Of a DNA stretch of 64,000 nt, positions 51,687 through 64,000 are shown piece after piece. The stretch comes from Utricularia gibba. Lineage: Eukaryota > Plantae > Magnoliophyta. The position numbers and the translations under genes are program-made. The notes under the pieces are model-generated. The model did no database searches, was not told the origin of the DNA, and saw only the letters and a list, made by a program, of their open reading frames with translations. Within the stretch, counting starts at the first letter, position 1. Every line of letters begins with the position of its first letter. The stretch spans positions 310,001 to 374,000 of the forward strand of contig NEEC01000009.1 of NCBI GenBank assembly GCA_002189035.1, given 5' to 3'.

Positions 51687-51849
51687 GAAACCCTCCTTTA
51701 TTTCACCCAACGTTGGTGGCGCAGCCTCGTATCTCTCCGTGCTGCAGTTGATCACCAGGAGTTGATGGCGGTTTTGTAATCAGTTGGGAGGACCACGTTC
51801 CTAGAGTTTTATGGACTGGTGATGGCTATCGGCTAGGTTATGTTGTTCA

Positions 51850-51965
51850 TGGGCCTAATGCGCTGGGCCTCAACGATCTTAAAGCTTTTAGACTGAGCCG
51901 ATTCTTAGCTTTTGTTGATCCCGGGCGTAGCCGTCCACTTGGGCCTCGGAATGTCAAATTGGGCC
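51850..51965. promoter_or_regulatory. Four site II (TGGGCC) motifs upstream of the helicase-like gene
   Basis: TGGGCC at 51850, 51864, 51940 and 51960, 160-280 bp upstream of the minus-strand ATG. Confidence 0.6.
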
Positions 51966-52817
51966 AATCTCCCGTCGCATTCGAACCAACCAAAATATTA
52001 AATTGGATTAAATTCATATACTCCTTTTTTATTATGTTCAAAAATAATAAAAGAATAAATCTTTTTATAAATAAAACATTTTCATTTCACTTACAATTTC
52101 TTAAACATATTTCATCGATATTTTTTTTCTATTTTTACAGTTAATTAAAAAATGACCTAAGGGTGTGTTCGATTAATAGTATTAAGTGGGATATTGAAAA
52201 TTGATTTCATGTAATTAATATTTTTACATTTTAGAATTATTTGAGGTCGATTTTTTATTTTTTTATTTCAATTTTTTTATATTTTTAGATAAACTTTATA
52301 TCTTTCGTATTACTTTAATATTTTTAAAGTAAAAGTGTGTTTTATGATTTTAATTATTATTTTAACCTACTTTAGAAGAGATTCTAGCTTATCTTTATAT
52401 GGGCAAAGATTTAGTCTATTCAAATGAACATTTGGTCAAAGATTATCAAATAAAATAAAATTTATATCTTATCTTAAAAGATTTACATCTTATTCTAAGA
52501 GATTCAAACATAAGATTTGATACAAACTCATCAAATAATCCCAATAAATCAATAATATTATAAAAAGACCAGAGGCCAGAGATCAGAGTCTTAGAATCAA
52601 TCTAGGAGCCTAAAGTCAAGTCTTGCACATTTGGATTCATTTCATATTGTTTTTCATCAATTTTTATGTGTTAGAGTTGAGCATGTGCATATGAGCACTT
52701 GTAGCTAAGGATTTGCGTTGAAGACTTGCTTGCACAAGTCATGCGCATGTGACAATTTTATCATGTTCTTCAACATTTAATTTGAGGTTTGATTCTGTTT
52801 TGAAGAAACCCCAAACA

Positions 52818-54196
52818 TAGATCTTGGAATACGGTATACATCAGACGAAGGGATGTTCAAAATACCTTTCAAATGACTCCGTTGTTCACCAACCGCCAAT
52901 AGCAGACGGCCTCTATGGTATCCACACGTGGAGCACTCCGTCGATAACCTTCTCAAGCCTCTTGAATGTTGGTCAAATTTCTCAGGTGCTAGTAGAGAAA
53001 AACGCCTCCTGGCGGATCAGTCTCAAAAAGCACGAAGACCTTGGAGCAGATCTCAAGATCTAAATATTTTTTATAGATATTTTTGTGACATATCAAATCA
53101 TATCTATATGAGATCTTTTATTTTGAGTTTAATCAATATTAATCTCAAAATAGCTCTCTATTTAATTTACCCAATTTATCAATTACATCTCATGTAATTG
53201 TGTCATTCTATTTTATATCGATGAATGACTCCACTATTGTGTGTGACCTTATAAGTTTCTTCGATCAAGGCCATAATAATGGATTTATTAATTAACTCTT
53301 AATTAATCAAATCCATCATTATCGATCATGAGTGATATCTAGCAACATATCATCATCCCCAAGATTAAAGAATAATTAGGTGAACTGATTTAGCATTTCC
53401 ATGACCAGACACCATGCAATGAACAGCTTTCATCATACTTATATCTCATTCGATACCAGAACATGGGTGTGTGTCTTTCTGATGTCTTGAACTTATAATT
53501 GCATTCAATCACTAACACTCAATGACCTACTCAAACAATTCGAGTGTCATTACCCTGGGCCCAAGACTTACTGTTAGGCTTTGATGCAATTACTTCAGAT
53601 ATAATCTCATAGCTAACATGAGTGATGAATCCTTTATTGATCAATCAACTATCTTCAATCTTAAGAAGTCACATTCCTACTCATTCATACTAGGCAAGCC
53701 ATGGTTACGCTCCCATTAGTAATGAGCGAAAATGTGAGTTTAAGATCAAGATAACTTTGTTGATCTCAAGTCTAAGCTTACTTGCACGGCTGTCATATTC
53801 AAGATCTTGCTACTGACACTTGGTTAGCTTCCCATAGTAGCATCTCAAAGATGAGTCATCCAGTGAATCGATTCTTTAATCAACACCCACATATAGGTTC
53901 TAGTAATCTCATTACATCAATTGTGAGAACCATTACCTAAACAGTTTAGGGAACTCAATGTGTGCTAGCTTATCCGTATTTGTGATATCCTCATTTCACA
54001 AATACTCTAGCCAATGAGTTTTTAACTTGAACATAAATGCTTGTAGAATCTTACATTATGATCATCATAATTTCTGTAACATATAGATCAAGTAAAGGAT
54101 TTTATCAATGATATGGATTTTATCACAATTCAAAGAAAATATCAAAAGATAAGATTTGTCAATGAGTTGATTGTCTCTAGAATACATACACTAACA
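52818..54196 (-). mobile_element. Angela-like copia LTR, truncated at its 3' end (copy D)
   Basis: Ends ...CATACACTAACA (TGTTAGTG on the minus strand) and shares both end blocks with copy C at 42367-42973. Confidence 0.65.
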
Positions 54197-54714
54197 ATAA
54201 AAAATATGTCACATATGAATTAGTAAAAAATAAGTATACCATTTTGATTTTATTTAAACACAATAATAGAATTATTAAAATTTAAAATATTACTTATTTT
54301 TTATATAAAGATTTGATATAATCAAAGTTTAAAAATTAATTTATTTTATAACTTTAACTATTTTACAAATGCATAAATATAAATATAGATAAATCTTAAA
54401 CATGATACCAAATTCATGTATTTTACCAATAAAATGAGTCTGACACAGATTTATTGTTTCATTAGATATTAAATTTCTCCTAACTAACGTGTTTATCATT
54501 TATATGTGTTTATTTTTATTTGACCATTGGATTTATTAGATATAATCATTTTCCAAGTATAGGTCATTTTACCTACCATTAGCCACATAATTCCCACATT
54601 GTAATGGGATTACGGGAAAAAAAAAAGAAATTGGTGATATTGCTTTTTAAATCATCTATCATTATACAATTATGTATTATGCAATTAGCTTTGCGTTTGT
54701 ATAATTGACATAGA

Positions 54715-55290
54715 GAACTATGAAGATATACTATGCTTGATAGGATCCCAAGACAAATTGGATAGTTAAGAGGCCTTGTGAATGATATTCGAGGAGTAAC
54801 ACATGATAATTTGAGGTTACGTTTAGATACATTTAGAAAATTCTACACCATTTTTGAACAACGTAGTAGGTTACACTATGGCAAGTATGTTACAATTTCA
54901 TAAATGGTTCTAAACTTTCTTAGCATTCTCGTACATCATAGAAAAATGAGAGAGCAAAAATTGCACTTTTATCGATTATGTATACTATACAAAAATATTT
55001 TCATGTTGTGATCCATGCAGTTCTTTGACTAAATCATGTACTATTGCTAAAACCTCATGTGATTGTTGGTTTAAGTACATTCAAATATTTTAAGGTATTT
55101 ACTTTTTGGATAAAGTATTATTTCATTGTTCATTATGTTAATAATTCAATGATTATTGATATAAAGATTGTCATGGATATATAAATGTCAAAGTTAAGGA
55201 GAGAGATTGTGCTCAATATAGAACTTGGAAGGGCACAATATCAACCAATGTATTAGACGTGTACGATGAAAGTATGAAATTTATGATGCT
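54715..55290 (+). pseudogene. Harbinger transposase remnant of element 3
   Basis: MLDRIPRQIG*LRGLV...DNLRL...GKYVTIS*MVLNFLSILVHHRKMR...YRTWKGTISTNVLDVYD, colinear with transposases 1 and 2. Confidence 0.75.
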
Positions 55291-55729
55291 GACAATTAAG
55301 TCATGATGATGTTATTTAGTCATGATCAAGAAATAATGAACTTCTGCCAAATCATTCAACAATGTTGAATAAACCTATATTATTTGAAAAGGGGTAATAT
55401 TTGTGCAAAGTAATATTACAGTAGCTTTCAAAATTGCATATATATTATGATCAACAATGTTGTCCAAACAACTGAGCACTAGATCAATTTTTTAGGTCTT
55501 TCATTTTCTAAGTTTACAAATAGATCTACTTCCGCTAGAGTCGTGAGATGGATCAACATTATTGACAAATGAATTATCAATGAAAGAATGTTCTTATAAA
55601 ATATATGAACCTGGTCATATTTTTTGTGGTGACTCCTCTTCATCAAACTCAGTTTCTTTATTTACTCCAAATGCTCTTTCTCTAGTAGCACGATGTGTGC
55701 CAAAAATTTCACCTCAATTCTCATATAAT

Positions 55730-56296
55730 TGATACGACCCTCCAATCAACAAGTGATTGGCAAACCAGATCTTGATTCAAAAGAAACGATCCTTCAAGAA
55801 AAAGAAGTTGGCCCTCAAGGATTAAAAATCCTTGCAACCCAAACTATGAAATGGTACCACACTCATAAAATCAATGAAGGGATTGGGAGTGATAAACCAC
55901 ACACTAGACATCACAAACAAAGCTTGATAAATTTAAAGTTCTACAAGAACTCAAAGAAGTAGCATTGCTCTCAAAAGTCATTACAATCAAAGTTGTCTTA
56001 AACAAGAGTAAGGCTAATCCTATATAGATGAAGGATTGAGCCTCCTCAAAAGAAAAGTAGTAATAATGTACTTTAGAGTGGTGGGCCTCCTCTACTCAAG
56101 TTGTTCCACTTTGAGAAGGTTGAATTTTATGCGAAACACCTTATGAATTTGTTGATTGGCCCATAGCCCCTTAAGCACCTCTTGATTCATTCTTACTCTT
56201 GATCTAGTGTTTGGTCCAAGTGAAATCAATGAAGGTTTATTGATCTTCTGTCCTTTATCTTCATTGTGATCATCTGTAATATCCATGATCTCATCA
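55730..56296 (-). repeat. CRM 3' LTR (567 bp)
   Basis: Direct repeat of ~61585-62161, preceded on the minus strand by a purine tract. Confidence 0.9.
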
Positions 56297-59200
56297 TCCT
56301 CCCCTTTTTTTAGCATATTCATCCTTGAATCATCACCATCTACATCACAAGGAATCAAGTCAGCAATATTGAATGTGGCGTGGACCGAAAACTCACCTGG
56401 AAGATCAATCTTCTAAGCATTGTCATTGATTTTCTCAATGACTTGAAAGGGCCCATCTCCTCTTGGTGAAAACTTTGAAATCCTTCCTTTCGAAAATGTA
56501 CCCAAACCCAATCTCCTAGTTGAAGAATAACTTTCTTCCTATATTTATTTGCCTTGGCTGCATACTGCTTGTTTTTTGCTTCTATTTGATTTCGAACTTT
56601 CTCATGTAGCGTTCTGATAGCATATGCTCTCTTAACACCATCAAAACTATGAAATTCATCATATGGCAAGGGCAACAAATCTACAGGAGCACGAGGATTA
56701 AAACCATACATAATTTCAAAAAGAGAACAACGAGTAGAAGAATGTACCGCTCTATTGTATGCAAACTCAACATGAGGTAAGCAATCTTCCAATATTCTAA
56801 TGTTCTTTTTTATAATGGCACGAAGTAAAGTAACTAGGGTTTGGTTTGTTACCTTGGTTTGTCCATTAGTTTGGGAATGACAAGTGATAGAGAAAAGAAG
56901 CTTTATTCCCAACTTACTCCAAAGTGTGCACTAAAAGTGGCTGAAAAACTTTGTGTCACGATCACTTACAATGGTAAGTGGCATATAATGAAGCCTAACA
57001 ATCTCCCTAAAGAATAAATCGGCAATATGCGAAGTATCATCAATTTTGTGACAAGAGATAAAATGCGTCATCTTGGAGAATCTATCCATGACTACAAATA
57101 TTAAATCTTTTCCCCTTTGAGTCATTGGTAATCCTAAAACAAAATCCATAGAAAGGTCAATCCAAGGGTAAAGAGGGGTAGGAAGAGGAGTGTACAATTT
57201 TTGAAAAGTTGATTTTAATTTGGCCTTTTTGCACACCAAACATCCTTCACATATCCTTTCCACATCTCTTCTCATATGTGGTCAATAGAAATGATGTTGA
57301 AGCATGTCCAATGTTTTGGTAACCCCAAAATGTTCCATTAGACCACTACCATGAACTTCTTTCACAAAAAACTCACGAATTAAACATTGAAAAATGCATA
57401 ACTTGTTCTTCTTAAAAAGGAAATCATCTTGCCTATGGAAGTTTTCATAAGGTTTATGCTCACATGAAATATAAATATCCTTAAAATTATGATCAACACC
57501 ATAAAATTCTTTTATTGTCGACAATTCAAGAATTTGAGCATCAAGAGTAGCTAAAATTGTGTACCTTTGTGTCAACATATCTATAATAATGTTCTCCTTA
57601 CCTTTCTTATATTTGATAACATAAGAAAAGGTATCAATGAACTTCACCCGTCTAGCATGTCTTCCATTGAGATTTCTTTGACTCCTGACATGCTTCAAGC
57701 TTTCGTGGTCTGTATGGATAACAAATTCCTTGTGCCAAAGATAATGTTTCCAAGTTTCAAGTGCTCTTACCAGTGAGTACAACTCCTTATTAGAAGTTGG
57801 GCAATTAAGTGTAACTCCACCCAACTTTTCACTAAAATAGGCAATATGTCGACCTCCTTGCATGAGAACAACACCTATTCCAACTCCAAAAGCAACACAT
57901 TCAATTTCAAATGTGTTAGAGAAATCAGGTAATACAACTAAAGGAGATGAGCTAAGCTTATCCTTGAGTGTCTTGAAAGCAAGCTCTTGCGATTCTCCTC
58001 ACTCAAATTTGAACATTTTTCTTCACAACCTCGTTCAAAGGTGCAACCATTGTGCTGAAATCCTTGACAAAATGATGATAGAAGCTAGTCTATCCATGGA
58101 AACTGCACACTTCTCCAACTGTGGTAGGAGTTGGTTATTACCTAATTGCTTTCACTTTTTCTTCATCTACTAAAATTCCTGCATCACTTACAATATAGTC
58201 AAGAAAAGAGATTTTTTTTGTGCAAAAGTCGTACTTCTTGATATTAGCATACAAACACTCTTTTCTCAAGACAAACAACACCTCACGTAAATGACATGTA
58301 TGTTCATCCAATGTCTTATTATACACAATAATATCATCAAAGTAAACAACAACAAATCTACCAAGAAAGAAACACAATACATGAGGTTACATGATTCATT
58401 AACCTCATGAAAGTACTAGATGCATTAGTCAATCCAAAAGGCATGACCAATCATTCATATAAACCAAACTTAGTTTTGAAAGTAGTTTTCCATTCATTCC
58501 CCTTTCTCATCCTAATTTGATGATATCCACTATACAAATCAATCTTAGAGAAAATGCATGATCCATGTAATTCATCTAACATATCATCAAGCCTAGATAT
58601 AGGATGACTGTACTTAACCATTATTTGATTGATGGCTCGACCATCAGTGCGCATTCTCCATGTTCCATCATGTTTTGGCACTAATAATACTGAAACTGAG
58701 CATGGACTCACACTTCCCTCATCAACCCCTTAGCCATGAGTTTTTCCACTTGGCGTTAGATCTCTTTGATTTCTTCTGGGTTGGCCCTATAAGAAGCTCG
58801 GTTTGGGATTTGAGCACCAGGAACAAAGTAAATTTGATGTTCTATTCCTTGGTATGGTGATAATCTAGGCAATTCTTCAGGAAAAAAAAACATCATTGAA
58901 TTCCTACAAAACAAGTTTAATACAAGTAGGAAGATACTCTTGTGGGTTAGAGTTATGTGAAAAAAGGTAACAAAATCAAAATAAAGAGATTTCTGGCATG
59001 TAATACTCTTTTCACATCATTCATCGTAGCAGCAAGTCACTCCATTTCTTTTTTTCTCACAACTCCTTCATTCACCCCTTTATTTTCACTCTTTTTTTTT
59101 TTTTATGTTCTCTTCCTCTCTAGGGATATCTCTTTTTTCTCTCCAATCTCTCATCCCTCAACTCACCAAAAGATTTGATAGCAGCAGCAATCTTGCATTG

Positions 59201-61584
59201 ATCTTCGTATGCTTCCTTTGAAGATAAAGGCACCAATGTGATTGATTTTTCTTTCATGGAAAAAGGAATACTTATTAGTATAGCCATCATGAATCACCTT
59301 CCTATCGTATTGTCAAGGCCTTATCAAGAGTATGTGTCCTGCATGCATAGGTACTACATCACAAAGAACCTCATCCTGATACTTTCCAATTTGGAAAGTA
59401 ACAAGAACTTTTTTATTGATCTTTACTTCACTCTCTTCGTTCAACCATTGAAGCCTGTAGGGATTTGGATGTTTGAGAGTAGGAAGTTGGAGTTTATCCA
59501 CTATGAAAGTATTAGCAACATTTGTGCAATTGCCTCCATCGATTATTAGACTGCAAACCTTTTCATACACAAAGCAACGTGTATGGAATAACTTCTCTCA
59601 TTGTTCCTCCATTGGCTTAGCATCCATCATTAAAGTCTTTCGTGTTACCAAACTTTCACCTATGACAGGTTGTTGTTCCCCATCATTTATCTCATCTACT
59701 TCACTTCCACTTTCACTCTCAACTTCGGATTCAATATCTCCAGAATCCCTTAGAATCATGGTTCTCTTGTTTGGACATTTTGAAGCAATATAACTATGGC
59801 CAAGACATTTGAAACACTTGATATTTTGTGTTTGTTCAAAAGACTTGAATCGCCTTTCTTGGTTTCGAGCATTTGAAGTACCCTCTTTCACCGGTCCCAA
59901 CTTGGTTGATTTCTCAAATGAAGGGTAATGTGGTTTCCTGTCTTTACTTCCGACAACATTCCATGAAGTAGAAGCTTTTGGGTGTTTTCTATGGTATCCC
60001 TTAGACTTTCGTTGCTTTTCAATCTTGATAGCAACATGTAACATGTCTTCAATCTTCACATAATGCTGCAACTCGAACACTTAAGAGATTTCATTGTTTA
60101 AACCATAGACAAATCTTGTCATTGTAGCTTCTCTATCCTCTATTAAATTGGCCCGAATCATCAATACTTCCATTTCTTGCCAATACTCGTCCACGGTTCT
60201 ACTGCCTTGGGTGAGTTTCTGCAAGTTTTGGTGTAGATCTTTTTGGTAGTGGCTGGGAATGAACATTTTTCTCATAATCCTCTTCATTTCAGCCCAAGTA
60301 CGAATTGGTTCTTCATCATTTCGTTTTCTGTTGAGTACTATTTTGTCCCACCAAGTTATGGCGTAGTATGTAAACTCAAGAACAACAAGCTTAATCTTCT
60401 TAGCTTCAAAATAGTTTGTAGCAATCAAACACGTGCTCCACACGAGTCTCCCACTCCAAGTAAGCATTTGGATCGTTTTTCCTTTGAAAAGGAGTGATTT
60501 TCATCTTAATGCTATCAAATCCTTTGTATTCACGTGTGTGTTCACCCTTGATCTTTCGTCATATCTTGCATAACTATTTGACCTCAAATTTTTTTGATAT
60601 CTTCGTACCATATCATCACCACCAGATGAATCATACTCATCATGATTTTTTTTTTTAATTTCTCCTTCGTTCACCATGCCTAGCCTCTTCCGAGTATTCA
60701 TCTAGTTGTAAATTCCTTCTGTCATAGTGTTTTGGAACTCTGGTCCTATCATGGGAGACACTAACCTCTTTTTGTTTTTTTATATTCTTAAGAGATTCAT
60801 CATGTTCCTCTAGTTTGATGGATTTGCTCCATGCATCTCTGCAATATCTTAAACTCAATTTGCATTGCATTGAGTAAGAAACAAACATCCATAGCATCTG
60901 ATTCTTGTGCAAGGTTGTTAGAGGTCGACATCCTACTACAAGAAAATAGCGTAGATAAAAAGAAGGAAAGAGAACAAGCAAAGAAAAGATAGAAGAAAGA
61001 AAAAGATAATTTCCAAACATCAAGTTCTCTTGAACTTTAAGACTCAATAAACCTTATTTGATCAATCTAAGTGTGGTTTAAAGAGATAAGGGTGGCTAGG
61101 GTAATGATTCAAACAATTTAAATGAGGAATATAGGACTTGGTGATGGTAAAAGTAATTAAGATTAAGTAAGAGTATTAATGAAAGGATAATATGAAACTT
61201 GTTGTGATTAGCACAAAAGAAGTAGGTCGACAATTGAAAAGATTTAAAATAGAATATAAGTGTGACAATAGACAAAGATGTATAATATTAACTTTTCTTT
61301 TGTTTAATAAGTAGAAGATTCAATAGATTCAAGTGGCTAATTTTTTTTTTACTTTTTTTTTGTTTTGGAAGTATAAAATTCAATGAATTCAAGTTGTTAA
61401 CCTTCTTTCTCCCTTCAACACGTTTTTTGTTCTTTTTGCAGCAATCCAGAAGAATAGAATGGAACAATCAAAGATAAGTAACCTCTCTTGGTTTTTTTTT
61501 TAAGAAGTAGAGATAACATAAGTAAATCAAAATGGATTTGGATTTTTTTTTTTTGTTTTTTTTCTTTAGAACCAAACAACAACG

Positions 61585-62161
61585 AGAAAAAGAAGTTGGC
61601 CTTCAAGGATTGAAAATCCCTACAACCCAAACTATGAAATAGTATCACACTCACAAAATCAAAGAAGGGATTAGAAGTGATAAACCACACACTGGACACC
61701 ATAAGTAAGGCTTGATAAGTCTAAAGTTCCACAAGAACTCAAAGAATGAGCATTGCTCTTAAAAGTCATTACAATCAAAATTGTCTTAAACAAGAGTGAG
61801 ACCCTTCTATCAAAGAATTGTTCCTTAAAGGATTGGACCTCCTCAAAAGAATTGGACCTCCTCAAAAAAATTGTCTTAAACCACACACTGTCTTAAAGGA
61901 TTGGACCTCCTCAAAAGAAAAGTAATAATAATGTACTTTAGAGTGATGAGACTCCTCTACTCAAATTGTTCCACTTTGAGAAGATTAAATTTTATGTCAA
62001 ACACCTAATAGATTTGTTGATTGACTTATAACCCTTTAAACACCTTTTGATTCATTTTTGCTTTTGATCTAGTGATTGGGTCAAGTGAGATTATTAGAGG
62101 TTTATTAATCTTCTATCATTTATCTTTATTATGACCATCTATAACATCCATGATATCATCA
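61585..62161 (-). repeat. CRM 5' LTR, U5 end and PBS missing, with internal duplications
   Basis: Homology to the 3' LTR starts near 61585. GGATTGGACCTCCTCAAAA-type block repeated at 61829-61918. No TGGTATCAGAGC PBS seen. Confidence 0.85.
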
Positions 62162-63576
62162 GTAATGGTAACAATTTACCTTCCAACTTCTTGTATTTAT
62201 CCTTGCAATATTTATCTTTTTCATTTCAAGATTAAAGCTATTCTCCAATTTACATAAAAAGTGATATAATACATCTTAGGTTTATGCCACTTTGATTTTT
62301 CAAATGTATAGGGAAGTTCTAAGATTGTAGTTGGGCAAATGTGCTTTCAATAATATCTTCAGATGTGAAGTATAGTCAATATTCCAACTATTCTCAAATC
62401 TCCCTGTATCAACCACATATTGTTTGAGAATCATTAGAAATATTTGATCTTACTTCATTGATCATATGCAATTTCCCCTCTTTGTTTTCATAGTTTCCTC
62501 AGATATTGGAACAATAAAACGATGAAAACAATAAAATAAATAAAGCAAGATGATTAAAAAAGCAAAGTTGGAAAAATAGAGTACTACAAACACCCAAATG
62601 CAATGAAGAGTTAAAAAGAAACGTAGGATTTTTATATTTTATTTAAACAGCAATATGGATATAAATATCTTTTCCTAAAAATAAAACTTCTAAAACTTAT
62701 TTAATATAATACCTCTAATTCATTAACTAAATACATCTCATCCCATCTACAAATCCCTATCCCATTTACATATGCCTATTTAAATATTTTCTAGTATATT
62801 CAAATTCCATAACCAAACACACCCTAATGGATCATGAGTTTCCAGTCTAAAAGCCAATGAACTGCTGCAAGTAAATGAAATGTATGAAAAATCGCATGTT
62901 GGTAGTGCCAAGTCTCTTCCAGAAAACTGTACTGAACGAAAAGCTGATGGAAGAAAAACAAAGACAGCTGATTTACTACATAGAAGAACCATGCGGGCTG
63001 GGATTGATTCACTCATATGGAAAACTCTACGGTTGAACAAAATAAACCCAAGTTCCCAATTCACACAGCTTGTCAGCAGATGATTTCACCACTACAAATA
63101 CTTGGGAGTCCCTGAAAGAGAGAAGAAAGCCCTTGATTCAAAAGTGCACAAGCATGATCTACAATATCACAGAAAGAATATTTTCATGGGACGCATATCA
63201 AGAGGATTATTATTGCATGGTAGGAACGCTCATGATGGCTTAGAGATATGCACAGGAAGCAGGGGAGAGCAAGCTTCTACAAGACTACTGCTTTCCGCAA
63301 GTGTTGTGATGGTGGGGTGTTAAGTTTACACCCCAAAGATACCCGACTTTAGTCCTACTAATGTGATTTGTTTGCGTCCATTTAACTTACTGCAACAAGC
63401 ATATGGATGAATGTAGCGGTTGCAGCAGCAAGAGAAATGGATCACATAAATCAACTAAAGAAAAAATAGAATCTTATGGTTGCTTCATTTATGGGCAAAA
63501 TTACTTAACGGTCGTTTTGGCAACTTTAGGCTCGCATTGTAATTCATGATATGAGAGCAAGGAGACAAGAGCGGCT

Positions 63577-64000
63577 CTAAATGCAACTGTGAATCGAACC
63601 AAATAGTGTACCATAATGCACAACTCTTAGGGAATGAAAGGCAGACGCATCTGAAAAGTACCTTTTTCTGTTAACTTTGAGGAGGATTCGGTGGAGGTGG
63701 CATTCCAGGCCTTGGTTGCCCAAATCCTTGCATCTGTCCCCTGGACCTGGAGGCGGCATACCTGGCCTCGGCGGCTGCTGACCTGGTGGAGGACCTCCAG
63801 GCATTCCCGGCCTTGGAGGTCCACCAGGTGGTGGTGGCCCGCGCATCATCTGTGGAGGTGGCATCATGGGTGGCCTTTGTCCAAACTGCGGGGGTGGAGC
63901 AAATCCAGCAGGTGGCGGACCCCCAGGTCTGAACTGCGGCGGAGGTGGCATCGGCATTCCAGGCCTCGGTGGAAAAGCACCAGGCGGTGGTGCCATCTGC
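63577..64000 (-). CDS. SmB: 3' end of a probable snRNP SmB/B' gene (Pro/Gly/Met-rich tail); runs off the window; apparent frameshift
   Basis: APPPGAFPPRPGMPMPPPPQFRPG...QFGQRPPMMPPPQMMRGPPPPGGPPRPGMP...PRPGMPPP. The Sm fold itself is outside the window, so identity rests on the tail. Confidence 0.72.
   Translation of the reverse strand, partial: QMAPPPGAFPPRPGMPMPPPPQFRPGGPPPAGFAPPPQFGQRPPMMPPPQMMRGPPPPGGPPRPGMPGGPPPGQQPPRPGMPPPGPGDRCKDLGNQGLECHLHRILLKVNRKRYFSDASAFHSLRVVHYGTLFGSIHSCI

Larger units (their letters stand above)
55730..62161 (-). mobile_element. CRM-clade (centromeric retrotransposon) Ty3/gypsy, near full length, decayed
   Basis: gag (AITWWD...WAEMKRIMRKMFIP...LTQGSRTVDEY; CFKCLGH), PR (SLIIDGG), RT ([13 protein letters not shown]; VYFDDII), RH (IAYFSEKL), INT ([14 protein letters not shown]). 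TGATGAG...TATCA LTR ends; near-TSD ATAAT/GTAAT; pol frame runs into the 3' LTR (KKGEDD...GPNTRSR). Many stops and frameshifts. Confidence 0.93.
55620..62500 (-). pseudogene. Harbinger Myb/SANT ORF remnant of element 3, split by the CRM element
   Basis: Right part reads ILKQYVVDTGRFENSW...HLPNYNLRTS. Removing the CRM rejoins GKLLPLYEN*GEIFGTHRATRERA in frame. Confidence 0.65.
52161..62824. mobile_element. PIF/Harbinger element 3 with nested Angela LTR and CRM element
   Basis: TIRs GGGTGTGTTCGATTA / TAACCAAACACACCC (13/15 match), with TAA on both sides (52158-52160, 62825-62827). Convergent transposase (+) and Myb/SANT (-) remnants inside. Confidence 0.8.

Noticed and set aside
51549-51755. 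GTGKRSFFA resembling mitochondrial Rpl10 (GTGKKKRFFA)
   Set aside because: The match is too short and the sequence is explained as exon 1 of the helicase-like gene.

Overview
AT-rich flowering-plant nuclear DNA with spliceosomal introns; no rRNA, tRNA or CRISPR seen. Six host genes: a 14-exon MFS (HIAT1/tetracycline-transporter-like) gene, ORRM1, a CCH/ATX1 copper chaperone (20x KEE[V/A] tail, six upstream GTAC copper-response cores), a 19-exon full-size ABCG/PDR transporter, a shortened DEAD-box-helicase-like gene, and the 3' end of a probable SmB gene carrying an apparent 1-nt frameshift. Most of the rest is nested transposon debris. A MULE transposase is split in frame by two tandem PIF/Harbinger elements, and a third Harbinger contains a near full-length CRM Ty3/gypsy. 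There are also several solo or partial LTRs and decayed copia remnants. Two organellar insertions are present: plastid ycf3 exon 3, and mitochondrial nad7 split by a solo LTR. The most unusual item is an intron-bearing NIF/FCP1-like HAD phosphatase fragment found twice, both times in transposon context. All family assignments come from motif recognition by eye, not database searches. I see no convincing wholly new system, only candidates to test.
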